A DNA stretch of 64,000 nt from Gemmatimonadota bacterium (GCA_039586365.1 JBDHKN010000042.1:1-64000), one strand, 5' to 3'. Counted from the stretch's first letter, positions 19,752-30,553 are shown. Program-made: numbers and translations. The notes: a model not told the origin generated them from the sequence alone.

Positions 19752-21194
19752 TCACTCCCTCCTGTAGTCCAGCGGCGGTGCCCTATCCCCCAGTAGCGGC
19801 CGATACACAAAATCCGGCCCGCGGCGTTGCTCCAGCTCGGCGCGCGCTTCCTGGATTAGCGCAGGATTGGTGTACAAGTCCACCGCAGTGAGTGCGAGTG
19901 TCTTCGCTGCCACCTCCAAACCCTTGTTACCAATACTGGTTCCGCCCGCGGCGATTGCCTGCCAGCTGTGCGCCGGAGTACCGGGCACCCAAGTGGCCGT
20001 CCGCAAGCCGGTCGTCGGAACGACCCAACTGACGTCGCCCACGTCGGTTGACCCGCCAGGTGGCCTCATCTGGAACGGCTCGATCTCTGCCTCGGTTCCC
20101 AGCATCCTGTCGGTGTCCAGCGTGGGGTGGAGCTGCTCGGCGAAAGCTCGTTCCTCCGCGGTGTAATGAACCCCACCGACTATGCGCAGGTTCGCGTCCA
20201 TGATTTTTGCCAGCGATTCATTCGGAAGCAGGCTGTGAAGTCCGTGAATGACCTCATATTCCATGGTTGTACCGGTGCCCAGGGCCGCACCTTCCGCCGC
20301 TTTGACGACTCGCTCGAAGATCTCCTCCGCTCCCTCAGCGGTGGGGAAGCGGGTGTAGTAGAAGACCTCGGCGAAATCCGGGATCACATTGGGTGCAAAC
20401 CCACCCCGCGTTATCACGTAGTGGATCCGCGTCTCGGGCGGTACATGCTCCCGCATGAGGTTCACCATGTCATTCATCGCCTCGACACCGTCCAACGCCG
20501 AGCGGCCCAGCCAGGGCGCTCCAGCGGCGTGGGTGGATCGGCCGTGGAATCTGAACTTGGCGGATTTATTGGCCAGGCTGGTACCGGGGCTGGCATCGTT
20601 GCGGTCTCCAGCATGCCAGTGAAGCGCCACGTCAACATCCTCCAACAACCCCTCCCGGACCATGTACACCTTCCCAGCGCCACCTTCTTCCGCAGGTGTT
20701 CCATAGAGGCGTATTTCGCCCGGCGTGCCGGTCTCCGCGAGCCATTCCTTCACGGCAATGGCGGCAGCCACCGATCCGGTTCCGAACAGGTGATGCCCAC
20801 ATGCATGTCCCGAGCCACCACCTTCGACTAGCGGCTTCCGAAAGGGTACGGAGTCCTGGGAGATGCCGGGCAGAGCGTCGAACTCAGCGAGAATCCCGAT
20901 CACAGGACTGCCGCTGCCGTAGCTGGCGACGAATGCCGTTGGCATCCCGGCCACTGCCGCCTCCACCGTGAAGCCAGCATCACGCAGCGTTGCTTGCAGC
21001 AGCGCCGAACTCCGCTCCTCCTGGTAGCCAACCTCCGCGAAACCCCAGATCTGTAGCGCGACGTCCGCGTACCTATCTCTGTTCGCCTCGATCACCGCCA
21101 GCACACGATCCTTCGACGCTTGTCCCCAAGTTGTCTCAGTGCCAGACGCGGTCAGAGCGACGACAGCGAGTGGGATTACGAGACTGGCCTTCAT
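19752..21194 (-). CDS. M20 amidohydrolase, AbgB-like, with signal peptide
   Basis: AEFDALPG, GHACGHHLFG, GTPAEEGG and GSTDVGDVSW motifs. Confidence 0.92.
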   Translation of the reverse strand: MKASLVIPLAVVALTASGTETTWGQASKDRVLAVIEANRDRYADVALQIWGFAEVGYQEERSSALLQATLRDAGFTVEAAVAGMPTAFVASYGSGSPVIGILAEFDALPGISQDSVPFRKPLVEGGGSGHACGHHLFGTGSVAAAIAVKEWLAETGTPGEIRLYGTPAEEGGAGKVYMVREGLLEDVDVALHWHAGDRNDASPGTSLANKSAKFRFHGRSTHAAGAPWLGRSALDGVEAMNDMVNLMREHVPPETRIHYVITRGGFAPNVIPDFAEVFYYTRFPTAEGAEEIFERVVKAAEGAALGTGTTMEYEVIHGLHSLLPNESLAKIMDANLRIVGGVHYTAEERAFAEQLHPTLDTDRMLGTEAEIEPFQMRPPGGSTDVGDVSWVVPTTGLRTATWVPGTPAHSWQAIAAGGTSIGNKGLEVAAKTLALTAVDLYTNPALIQEARAELEQRRGPDFVYRPLLGDRAPPLDYRRE

Positions 21195-21375
21195 AACAGT
21201 ACTCCTGTCAGATGACGGCAGTGATATTACTCATCCTGCGGCAACATGCCAGAGCCGCGCCTGGACAGTTGTCGGGCTGCGCGGTCCTACACCCTCGCGA
21301 ATCGTGCGACGAAAACACATCTTAGGAACTGTGCGCAGGACCTCGAGAGCACCGTTAGACCAATCGGAGGATTAC

Positions 21376-22497
21376 ATGAAACGTAGAGCCTTCATACAAA
21401 CGGGTTTGGCGCTTGGTGTGGCCGGCGTGAGTGGTAGCGCTTCCGCAACCGCAGTGGCTCCGTCTCGTCGCAGCACCGTTGATGGCGTGATCCGCCTCAA
21501 CTCAAACGAGAATCCTTTGGGGCTAGCTCCGGCTGCGCGCCAAGCGGTGATCGACGGGCTCACCGAGGCAAACCGATATCCGGGAGCCAAGAGAGCTGAG
21601 CTGACCGAGGCCCTGGCAGCAAAGCATGGTGTTACCCCGGAGAACATCGTCCTCGGCGCGGGCTCCACCGAGATACTGCAAATGATGGTGCAAGCCACAG
21701 CTACGAGGCGCACTACGTTGGTACTACCCGACCCAACTTTTGAACATGTCTCCAGGTACAGCCTACCCGAGACCTACCGCAGCGAGGTGGTTCCCCTCGA
21801 TGACGGGTTCGCTCACGATCTGCACCGGATGCGTGAGCTGGCGCAGCGGTCATGGGATCCCGTACTAGTGTATATCTGTAATCCCAACAACCCGACGGGT
21901 ACGCTCACCTCTTGTGCCGACATCGACGCCTGGATCGAATCGTCACCTGACAACGTACGCTTCATGGTGGACGAGGCATACTTCGAGTATGCCGAAGACC
22001 AGGGATATTGGACCAGCATCAAGTGGATCAAGGACCGACCGAATGTCGTCGTCGTGCGAACCTTTTCGAAGATCTTCGCCATGGCCGGGATGCGGCTTGG
22101 TTACGGCATCGCACATCCTACAACTGCGGCTCTGTTGCGCCAGTTCATGTCGAGCAGCAACGTGAACGAGCTTGCGTTGCGTGCCGGTCTCGCTTCGCTC
22201 GCAGACTCCGGCCTAGTGGCCCGCAGCCAGGCGGCCAACAGGCGAGCCAAGGACATTCTCTACCAATGCCTCCAGGAACTAGACATCGAATACATCCCGA
22301 CGCACGCCAACTTCGTGCTGCATCGAATCCAGGGTGATCTACGGACGTACATCGGTCGCATGCGGGAGAACAACGTTCGGGTAGGCCGGCCGTTCCCGCC
22401 CATGCTCACCTATAACCGAGTCTCTCTTGGGCTGCCCGAGGAAATGGACCGCTTCACCGATACGCTACGGATTTTCCGGAGTAAGAACTGGGTGTAG
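21376..22497 (+). CDS. HisC-like class I/II PLP aminotransferase with Tat signal
   Basis: MKRRAFIQTG leader after SD GGAGG; LNSNENP, CNPNNPTG, DEAY and RTFSKIFAMAGMRLGY motifs. Confidence 0.92.
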   Translation: MKRRAFIQTGLALGVAGVSGSASATAVAPSRRSTVDGVIRLNSNENPLGLAPAARQAVIDGLTEANRYPGAKRAELTEALAAKHGVTPENIVLGAGSTEILQMMVQATATRRTTLVLPDPTFEHVSRYSLPETYRSEVVPLDDGFAHDLHRMRELAQRSWDPVLVYICNPNNPTGTLTSCADIDAWIESSPDNVRFMVDEAYFEYAEDQGYWTSIKWIKDRPNVVVVRTFSKIFAMAGMRLGYGIAHPTTAALLRQFMSSSNVNELALRAGLASLADSGLVARSQAANRRAKDILYQCLQELDIEYIPTHANFVLHRIQGDLRTYIGRMRENNVRVGRPFPPMLTYNRVSLGLPEEMDRFTDTLRIFRSKNWV

Positions 22498-22609
22498 AAA
22501 CCAAGCCCGGGTGTGCCAGTTCAACCGAGGAATAATGGGGGGCGGGAAGGATAGCTCCCGCCCCTCTGCCCAATCGGCTTTACATCCGGCTTGCAGTGAG
22601 TAATTGCTG

Positions 22610-24019
22610 TTATGCCACCTGCACCTGCCCAGCGTCCTGGGCGACGGAAGCGTTCCAGCCGAGTTGTTGCTCAACAGCATCCACCAACGCCGCTCCCGCT
22701 TGTTCCTCGCCATGAACAGCAAACGTCTGAGCTGGTGGTTCGTCAAATCCGGCCAGCCACTTCAGCAACTCAGCGCGATCGGCGTGCGCCGAGAGCCCGT
22801 GCACTGTCTCGATCTCAGCGCGAACGCGCACCTCCTGGCCGTGCATACGCACAGCCTCAGCACCCTCCTGCAGTGAACGGCCCCGCGTTCCGGCGGCCTG
22901 GAATCCGGTGAGCAGCACCGTCGTCCGGTGATCCGGTAGGCGACGTTTCAGGTGGTGCAGCACTCTGCCTCCGGCGGCCATACCGCTGGCGGAGATTATG
23001 ATCACCGGACCCTTCAAGCTATTCAGCGCCTTTGACTCGGACGCAGTCCTGGCAATCGAGAACAGCTTGGGCCTGAGTGGTCTAATCCCTTGGTCAATCA
23101 GGTCACTCATCTCGATGTCGTGTTCTTCGGGATGGTTGAGGTACACACCTGTCACATCGATCGCCATCGGGCTGTCGATATACACCGGAAGCACCGGGAT
23201 CCGATTCTCGTCTTCCAGCTGCCTCAGGCGCCAAAGGACCTCCTGGGTTCGCCCAACGGCGAACGCAGGTATGATCAAGGCACCTCCTCGCTGAGCCGCT
23301 TCCTGAACCACACGAGCGAGATCTCCATCAGGATCTGGTTGGTGGGTCCGGTTGCCATAGGTAGACTCGACTATGAGAATATCTGCGTGATTCACTTCGA
23401 CCGGGTCCTTCAGGATTGGACGACCCCACCTGCCCAAGTCTCCAGAAAACACGATCCGCTTTTCACGCTTCCCGTCCAACTTCAGCTCTACTGTGGCAGA
23501 GCCCAGGATGTGGCCCGCGCAACGCAACACCGCCTCGACTCCAGCGGTCGGAGCAAACGCTGTGCGGTATGGCTGATCCTGAAGCAGAGGCAGGGTCTCC
23601 TCAACGTCCTCCATGGTGTAGAGGGGCAGGGCGGGCCGGTGTCTCGAGTAGCCGAACTTGTTTGCGTGGGCCGCCTGTTCTTCCTGCAGGTAAGCCGAAT
23701 CGCGCAGCAGGGTCGGTAGTAGATCTCGCGTGGCAGCAGTACAGTAGATGGGCCCATGATAACCGAGTCGCACCAGTAACGGGAGGTAACCTGAATGGTC
23801 GAGATGGGCATGGCTCAGCACAACTGCGTCAATCTCGCCCGGGTCAAACGGTGGAGCTTCCCAGTTTCTCTGACGCAGGGCTTTGAGACCTTGAAACAGA
23901 CCGCAATCGAGCAGCACCTTGCGGTCGCCGATGGTCACCATGTGCTTCGAGCCCGTCACGGTGCCTGCGGCACCGAAGAACTGCACCGTTGCCGACGGCG
24001 TAGTACTAGTCATAGTCAC
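22610..24019 (-). CDS. MBL-fold beta-CASP metallo-hydrolase (RNA-processing exonuclease family)
   Basis: GAAGTVTGS, SHAHLDHSG, AGHILGS, ESTYG, SAHAD and VHGE motifs. Confidence 0.95.
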   Translation of the reverse strand: MTMTSTTPSATVQFFGAAGTVTGSKHMVTIGDRKVLLDCGLFQGLKALRQRNWEAPPFDPGEIDAVVLSHAHLDHSGYLPLLVRLGYHGPIYCTAATRDLLPTLLRDSAYLQEEQAAHANKFGYSRHRPALPLYTMEDVEETLPLLQDQPYRTAFAPTAGVEAVLRCAGHILGSATVELKLDGKREKRIVFSGDLGRWGRPILKDPVEVNHADILIVESTYGNRTHQPDPDGDLARVVQEAAQRGGALIIPAFAVGRTQEVLWRLRQLEDENRIPVLPVYIDSPMAIDVTGVYLNHPEEHDIEMSDLIDQGIRPLRPKLFSIARTASESKALNSLKGPVIIISASGMAAGGRVLHHLKRRLPDHRTTVLLTGFQAAGTRGRSLQEGAEAVRMHGQEVRVRAEIETVHGLSAHADRAELLKWLAGFDEPPAQTFAVHGEEQAGAALVDAVEQQLGWNASVAQDAGQVQVA

Positions 24020-24104
24020 AGTCTTTCACGTGCTTGCTGGCGTCACACCACTGTAGAACGCCATTCTCATGCCTGCCAAAGCGCTCACGCAGCGCGAGCT
24101 TAGG

Positions 24105-24638
24105 CTAGTCTCGCTTGAGTACTTTGGTCGCTGCAACAGCCACTGCGGTCGCCGCGGCCGCGGCCGCGCTGGCTGCCACCGCCACCTTCTTCCCCTTGCC
24201 TTTGCTGGCCTGCCTCACTCGCTTCACCGCCTTGTCACTCTTGACCTTGGCACTGGCTATACCCTGAGCTGTACGCTTGCCGGTCGTCTTGGCCACCTTG
24301 GCAACGCGCTTTGCCAGTCTCTTGCCGCGGTCCTTCGCGGTAGTCGTCGCGGAATCGACTGCCCGTTTTACTCTGTCGGTCGTGCGTTTGACCGATGCAC
24401 CCTTGGCCCCGGCACGCTTCTTGGCAGGGCTACGCTTCGTTGCCCTCTTGGCAGCCTTGGAGGTTGCGCTCTTGGCGGCCTTGGAGGATTTCTTTTTAGC
24501 GGACTTAGCCGCAGTACCCGTCGCGCCCTTCGTAGCCTTGTTCGCGAGCTTGGTGGCCCGCTTCGCCGTCGCCCTTGCCTTTGCGCTCTTCTTGGTGGCT
24601 CTTGCCGCAACCTTGGCGACCCTCTTTGACTCAGCCAT
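24105..24638 (-). CDS. Lys/Ala-rich histone H1-like protein
   Basis: 177 aa dominated by K, A, R and T (KKSAKARATAKRATK); SD GGAGG upstream; Ala/Val-rich C-terminal segment. Confidence 0.8.
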   Translation of the reverse strand: MAESKRVAKVAARATKKSAKARATAKRATKLANKATKGATGTAAKSAKKKSSKAAKSATSKAAKRATKRSPAKKRAGAKGASVKRTTDRVKRAVDSATTTAKDRGKRLAKRVAKVAKTTGKRTAQGIASAKVKSDKAVKRVRQASKGKGKKVAVAASAAAAAATAVAVAATKVLKRD

Positions 24639-25129
24639 CTGTGCTCCTCCGTATTAGAGAACATCGTGTCAACCGCATAGCGCAATATATGACGTACCAC
24701 GCTTGCCGTCTGCTCATATCCAGTCGCAGATTGGGATAGGTGCGTCAGTCACCCGTTGGATAGCCGAGTAGCGGCAGCAAGCGAGATTCCGATTGCTGGC
24801 TTCGCGGGCACAAGCGGGTAATTTCCATATTCCATTTCCGCGGCACCAACGAAGCAGAGCTAGCGAGGAATCGACAAGTACGCACTCGGTGTCGATCGGA
24901 TACCGGGGCAGGCGAGGGAGACACGAACGACGAGAAAGATGACCAGACGGTCACCTCGGAATGCACGGCGCCTCTTGGATATGGGTGACGCCCAGACACC
25001 GACGAGCCCGACAGGACCGGGTGAAGGCTGTAGCAGCGACCGTAGCAAGGCGCTACCTGCATCGGCGCAGGCAAGCGAGATCCGTGTGCTTGCTTACGGC
25101 CTCGGACCGTATTCTGGAGCCCTGACACC

Positions 25130-27259
25130 ATGTCTCTGCTGAAGTCCCAGCGTCTCACGAAGCAGCTCGGGCTCTTCGATGTCTACGTCATCGCTACCGG
25201 GGCGATGTTCAGCTCCGGCTTCTTCTTGTTGCCAGGCATAGCCGCGGCGGCGGGAGGGCCGTCCGTCATACTGGCTTACTTGCTCTCTGGTCTGCTAATC
25301 GTGCCGGCCATGCTGAGCCAAGCCGAGCTGGCCACCGCGATGCCACGAGCGGGCGGTGCCTATTATTTCCTGGACCGGACGTTAGGACCACTAATCGGCA
25401 CGATAGGCGGTATCGGCACCTGGTTTGCCCTGATGCTCAAGAGTGCTTTCGCCTTGATCGGGATGGGCGCTTACCTCTCCCTTCTGTTCAATGCCCCATT
25501 CAAAGCGATCGCTGTAGGGTTTGCGCTGCTGTTTGCCATTTTGAACATTGTCGGCGCAAGGGAATCCACTGGACTAGTGCGATTCCTCGTCCTCGCACTG
25601 CTCACAGTCCTGGCACTCTTCATTCTCGAGGGTGCTGTGACGGTGGGGTCGCAGAGTGTTCAGACGACGCAGGACCGACTGACCCCCTTCCTGCCCTTCG
25701 GGGTCGACGGTCTACTCGGGACCGTTGGGCTCGTCTTCGTCTCCTATGTGGGCCTTACACAGGTAGCCAGCCTCGCAGAGGAGGTGCGGGATCCTGACCG
25801 TAACATCCCGCTCGGAATGACGCTTTCGCTTGTGACCGTGACCAGCATCTACGCAGTCGGTGTGTTCATGATGGTTGCGATCCTCGGCATCGATGGCTTG
25901 AGCACGAGCATCACTCCAGTCGCCGACACTGCGAGCCATATGTTCCGGTGGCTACCCGGACGCACCGGTGTGTACCTGCTGGTCGGGGCCGCAGTAGCTG
26001 CCTTCGCGTCAATGTCCAACACGGGTATTCTTGCCGCATCACGTTATCCGTTGGCGATGGGGAGGGATCACCTAATCCCGCCGCGCTTGGCCGCGCTCGG
26101 ACGATTCCGTACGCCGGTTTACTCAATTGCGCTCACTACGACGCTGCTCGTCACATTCTTGCTGGTACTGGATGTGGCGGAGGTAGCAAAGCTAGCCAGC
26201 GCAATTCAACTCACGCTCTTCGGATTGATCAACATTGCAGTCATCGTGATGCGCGAGAGCAGGATCGAGAGCTACGATCCCGGTTTCCGCTCGCCGCTCT
26301 ATCCCTGGATGCAACTCGCCGGGATCGTGTTTCCGATGTTCCTGGTGGCTGAGATGGGGTGGCTCCCCGCTCTGTTCACCGTCGCTGTCGTCACGGCCAG
26401 CATCGCTTGGTACACCTACTATGCCAAGGGGAGACTCAGTCGCGAAGGAGCGATCTATCACTGGTTCGAGCGGCTGGGACGGCGCCGGTTTGCCGGTCTG
26501 GACCGGGAACTGCGGGACATCATGAAGGAGAAAGGTGCCCGGGCCGCCGACCCATTCGACGAGGTGGTGGCAAGAGCTTTCGCGATCGACCGGCGTGACC
26601 CGGTCTCGCTCGACACGATCATAGAGAGCGCGTCCGATATGCTGGCCCACCGTCTTCCTGCAACGGCGGAAAACCTGCTCCGCGGCTTCGATCGCGCAGT
26701 CCAGGCCGGTGGCATTCCTGTATCCCATGGCGCAGCGCTGTTCCACTTGAGGTTGCCAGACATCGAAGCTTCCGAGTTGGTGCTGGTGCGGTGTAGGTCA
26801 TCCGTAGCTGTCGACACAACCGACGATGAGATAGCCCGCCAGGCTGCGGAGACCCCGATCCGAGCCCTGTTCTTCCTCGTGAGCGGCGAAGGTGACGCGG
26901 GACGACACCTGCGGATCCTGGCACAACTCGCCGGACGGATTGAGGACGACAACTTCATGGACGAGTGGTTGGAGGACCGCGACGAACAGGACCTCAAGGA
27001 GACCCTGCTCAGGGATGACCGCTTCATGTCGCTCGACCTCATTGCGGGGGCCAGGTCCGAGTCGATCGTTGGGCGTGCCCTGAGCGAGTTGCGTTTGCCG
27101 GAGGGCACCCTGATCGCCCTGATACGGCGCTATGGTGAGACGATCGTGCCGCGAGGACGGACCGTGCTGCGCGAGGGAGATCGACTAACGATAATTGGGT
27201 CACCCTCCGGGCTACGTGAGGTCATGGCCCGCTACGGCGACACACCACCATCGCAGTGA
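25130..27259 (+). CDS. APC amino-acid permease fused to PTS EIIA-like and TrkA-C domains
   Basis: GAMFSSGFF, PRAGGAY and AEEVRDPDRNIP in the membrane part; HLRILAQLA (EIIA-like); IVPRGRTVLREGDRLTIIG (TrkA-C). Confidence 0.9.
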   Translation: MSLLKSQRLTKQLGLFDVYVIATGAMFSSGFFLLPGIAAAAGGPSVILAYLLSGLLIVPAMLSQAELATAMPRAGGAYYFLDRTLGPLIGTIGGIGTWFALMLKSAFALIGMGAYLSLLFNAPFKAIAVGFALLFAILNIVGARESTGLVRFLVLALLTVLALFILEGAVTVGSQSVQTTQDRLTPFLPFGVDGLLGTVGLVFVSYVGLTQVASLAEEVRDPDRNIPLGMTLSLVTVTSIYAVGVFMMVAILGIDGLSTSITPVADTASHMFRWLPGRTGVYLLVGAAVAAFASMSNTGILAASRYPLAMGRDHLIPPRLAALGRFRTPVYSIALTTTLLVTFLLVLDVAEVAKLASAIQLTLFGLINIAVIVMRESRIESYDPGFRSPLYPWMQLAGIVFPMFLVAEMGWLPALFTVAVVTASIAWYTYYAKGRLSREGAIYHWFERLGRRRFAGLDRELRDIMKEKGARAADPFDEVVARAFAIDRRDPVSLDTIIESASDMLAHRLPATAENLLRGFDRAVQAGGIPVSHGAALFHLRLPDIEASELVLVRCRSSVAVDTTDDEIARQAAETPIRALFFLVSGEGDAGRHLRILAQLAGRIEDDNFMDEWLEDRDEQDLKETLLRDDRFMSLDLIAGARSESIVGRALSELRLPEGTLIALIRRYGETIVPRGRTVLREGDRLTIIGSPSGLREVMARYGDTPPSQ

Positions 27260-27319
27260 TCACAATATTTCCCAAGGAATCGCAGAACCGGTTTCGTCCA
27301 GTTGCTCTGTGGAGGATGC

Positions 27320-29003
27320 ATGAGGATTTTCGCAGCTGCAGCAATAATGACTCTCACCCATTCGCTTGCCATGTACGGACAGGACCGTCTCACCGGTAGG
27401 TCTCATGCCACGCGTTCTGAGGCCATCGCTCGGAACGGTATGGCCGCGACCAGCCAGCCGTTGGCGACACAAGCTGCTCTGGACATTCTCAAAAGCGGTG
27501 GCAGCGCAGTCGACGCTGCAATCGCCGCCAACGCGGTGCTTGGCCTCGTTGAACCGACTGGCAACGGCATCGGCGGAGATCTCTTCGCGATCGTATGGGA
27601 TGCCGAGACACAGAGACTTCACGGCCTCAACGCGAGCGGTAGATCACCGCAATCGCTTACAGCCGAACATTTCAAGCGACTCGGCCTGAGTCGGATCCCG
27701 TCTCACGGGCCGTTACCCGTGAGCGTTCCTGGAGCCGTGGACGGCTGGTTCGAACTGCACGGCAGGTTCGGCGTCCTACCGATGGAACAGATTCTGGCAC
27801 CAGCGATTCAATACGCGCGCGAGGGCTTTCCGGTAACCGAGGTGATAGCCTACTACTGGCAAGCAGGTGCCGCACAGCTGCTGCATTGGCCTGGGTTTGC
27901 CGAGACCTTCATGCCCGAAGGACGCGCGCCCAGAAAGGGGGAAGTGTTTCGGAACCCGAACCTGGCAGAGACGCTCGAGACAATAGCCCGTGACGGCAGG
28001 GATGCCTTCTACAAGGGAGACATCGCCCGCACCATCGATGGGTACGTGGAGAGGGTCGGTGGCTTCCTCTCTTACGAGGATCTTGCCGCACATCGTTCTG
28101 AGTGGGTGGAGCCCGTGTCAACGACCTACCGGGGATACGAGGTGTGGGAGCTGCCACCGAATGGACAAGGGATCGCGGCGCTGCAGATGTTGAACATCCT
28201 GGAAGGGTATGACATCTCCTCTATGGGCTTTGGCAGCCCAGAGTACATCCACTTGCTCACGGAAGCGAAGAAGCTGGCCTTCGAGGATCGAGCCAAGTTC
28301 TACGCCGATCCGGCGTTCAATGACATTCCAGTCGAGTGGCTCGTATCCAAGGACTACGCCGCTCAGCGCCGATCCTTGATAGACATGAGCAGGGCGGCGC
28401 GCGCGTATCCGGCCGGAGATCCGATCCTGGAGACCGGCGAGACCATCTACCTGACCACCGCCGACAAGAGCGGCAACATGGTGTCGCTCATCCAGAGCAA
28501 CTTTCGCGGCATGGGATCCGGAATGACTCCGGACGGACTCGGATTCGGGTTAGCTGTTCAATCTCGAGCCGGGCCACTTCAACAGCTATGAGCCCGGCAA
28601 GCGTCCCTTCCACACCATAATCCCAGCGTTCGTTACGAAGGAAGGCAAACCCCTCATCAGCTTCGGCGTCATGGGTGGAGACATGCAGCCCCAGGGTCAC
28701 GTTCAGATCCTCGTTAACCTCATTGACTTCGGTATGAATCTTCAGGAGGCGGGAGACGCTCCGCGGATTCGTCACTTGGGATCATCCCAGCCGACTGGCG
28801 AGGTAATGACCAACGGCGGTGTGTTGAGCTTGGAACACGGTTTCTCGCCGGAGACACTCCGCGCACTCACTGGTCTGGGGCACACGATCCAGTTTGTACC
28901 CGGCGGTTATGGCGGCTACCAAGCGATCATGTACGACGCCGCAAACGGTGTGTACTACGGCGCCTCAGAATCACGCAAGGACGGGTACGCGGCGGGGTAC
29001 TAG
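27320..29003 (+). pseudogene. ggt: Gamma-glutamyltransferase, frameshifted at about 28553
   Basis: GGSAVDAAIA, GIGGDLF and ETIYL (nucleophile Thr) motifs; after GLGFGL the conserved LFNLEPGHFNSYEPGKRPFHTIIP..GVMGGDMQPQGH continues in another frame to the stop at 29003. Confidence 0.9.
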
Positions 29004-29056
29004 CGGGAGCTGAGAGCGGGGAGCAGGGAGCGGGCCCCCCGCTCCCCGCTCGCTGC
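29004..29056. repeat. Inverted pair of 7-bp arrays (empty form) between convergent genes
   Basis: cgggagc tgagagc ggggagc agggagc ggg, then cccc gctcccc gctc. Confidence 0.85.
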
Positions 29057-30553
29057 TCACGGCTCCCGCCGCACGACCGGCGGTTTCTGATCCAACGGGA
29101 TCGGTGATTCGTAGGCTTTTCCTCCGGTCTGCTCCAAGAAGAACGCTCGAGCCTGCTCCAAGAGAGACGGGTCTGTCAGCATGTCGACCGCGGTGAGGGC
29201 GATCACCTTGGCGGCCACATTCGCCCCGCGAATGGCCCCCTCGGTACCGTGCGAGGCTGAGGCCGCCCAGCTATGCCACGGGATATCCGCAGCAGCAGTG
29301 GTCACAGTGAATCCCACGGTCGGAGTTATGTAGCTCACCTCAGCTACGTCAGTGGACCCACCACTGGGGGGCTCAGGCTCGTCTGCCAGTGGCTTGATCT
29401 TCACGTCGAGGCCCTGCTGCTCGATCTGGAGGGATTCCTGGAGGTGCTTGGCAAACGACTGATCTTCTGCGGTGAACGGAGGCGCTCCGACCAGCTCGAA
29501 GTTCCGTTGCGCCACCTCCTGTAATGGCCTGTTCAGCAGCGTTTCGTGTACCCCGGTGATGAGCGTCACCTTGTGGGTCGTGCGCGTCGCCATGGCAGCG
29601 CCCTCAGCGATCTTCAGGATCCAATCGTAGTACGCCTGGACCGACTCACGGTTCACGTCGCGCACATAGTACCATACCTTGGCGTACTCGGGCACGACGT
29701 TGGGAGCTTCTCCGGCCGAGGGCATCACATAGTGGATGCGAGCGGTGGGCTTGACGTGCTCCCGCATCATGTTCACGCCGTAGTTCATCATCTCGATCGC
29801 GTCCAGGGCACTCCTGCCGTTCCACGGGTCGGCGGAGGCGTGGGCTGCCTGCCCGAAGAACTCGACCGTGAAGTTGTTCAAAGCTCGACCGGGTTGATTG
29901 CGGACGCTGTTCTCAAGCCCGGGATGCCACTCGATTGCTGCATCCAGATCATCGAAAACCCCGGCCTTGGCCATGTACACCTTCCCCACGACCGTCTCTT
30001 CCGCCGGAGTGCCATAGAGCCGCACTGTTCCACTCAAGTTGTGGCCCGCGATCACTCGTTTCAGGATCATCGCAGCGCCCACTGAAGCGGCGCCGAAGAG
30101 GTTGTGACCACATCCCTGACCGCTGCTCAACCCATCAACACGCGGCGCTTTCCGGGGAACCACCGCGTTCCCCACTCCCGGAAGCGCATCGTACTCCGCA
30201 AGTATGCCGATTATCGGATGACCACTGCCGTACGATGCCATGAACGCTGTGGGCATTTCCGCCACATCGCGTTCCACCGTGAATCCATCCTGCTCGAGCA
30301 CATTGGCCAGGAATTCGGCCGACCGGTACTCGAGCATCGCCGTCTCAGAGAAGTCCCACAGGGTTTGTGACATGCGGCCGATTTCCGCCGCCACCTCATC
30401 CGCTGCTGACAGTGCCGTGCTCTTCTCTCGCGACAGCCTCTGGGCGGACATGGCGCCACTGATCGTCAGGCTGAAGAGCATTAGGGCCGGGACTACTCGG
30501 AACAAGTGCGATATGACACTGTGTTGGGTGACTCCGTGGTATTGGGACATCAT
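29057..30553 (-). CDS. M20 amidohydrolase, AbgB-like, second paralog
   Basis: AEYDALPG, GCGHNLFG, GTPAEE and GSTDVAEVS motifs; start uncertain. Confidence 0.9.
   Translation of the reverse strand: MMSQYHGVTQHSVISHLFRVVPALMLFSLTISGAMSAQRLSREKSTALSAADEVAAEIGRMSQTLWDFSETAMLEYRSAEFLANVLEQDGFTVERDVAEMPTAFMASYGSGHPIIGILAEYDALPGVGNAVVPRKAPRVDGLSSGQGCGHNLFGAASVGAAMILKRVIAGHNLSGTVRLYGTPAEETVVGKVYMAKAGVFDDLDAAIEWHPGLENSVRNQPGRALNNFTVEFFGQAAHASADPWNGRSALDAIEMMNYGVNMMREHVKPTARIHYVMPSAGEAPNVVPEYAKVWYYVRDVNRESVQAYYDWILKIAEGAAMATRTTHKVTLITGVHETLLNRPLQEVAQRNFELVGAPPFTAEDQSFAKHLQESLQIEQQGLDVKIKPLADEPEPPSGGSTDVAEVSYITPTVGFTVTTAAADIPWHSWAASASHGTEGAIRGANVAAKVIALTAVDMLTDPSLLEQARAFFLEQTGGKAYESPIPLDQKPPVVRREP

Noticed and set aside
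24745..25158. ORFs between the histone-like gene and the permease
   Set aside because: Composition is not protein-like and no motifs are recognisable; probably a divergent promoter region
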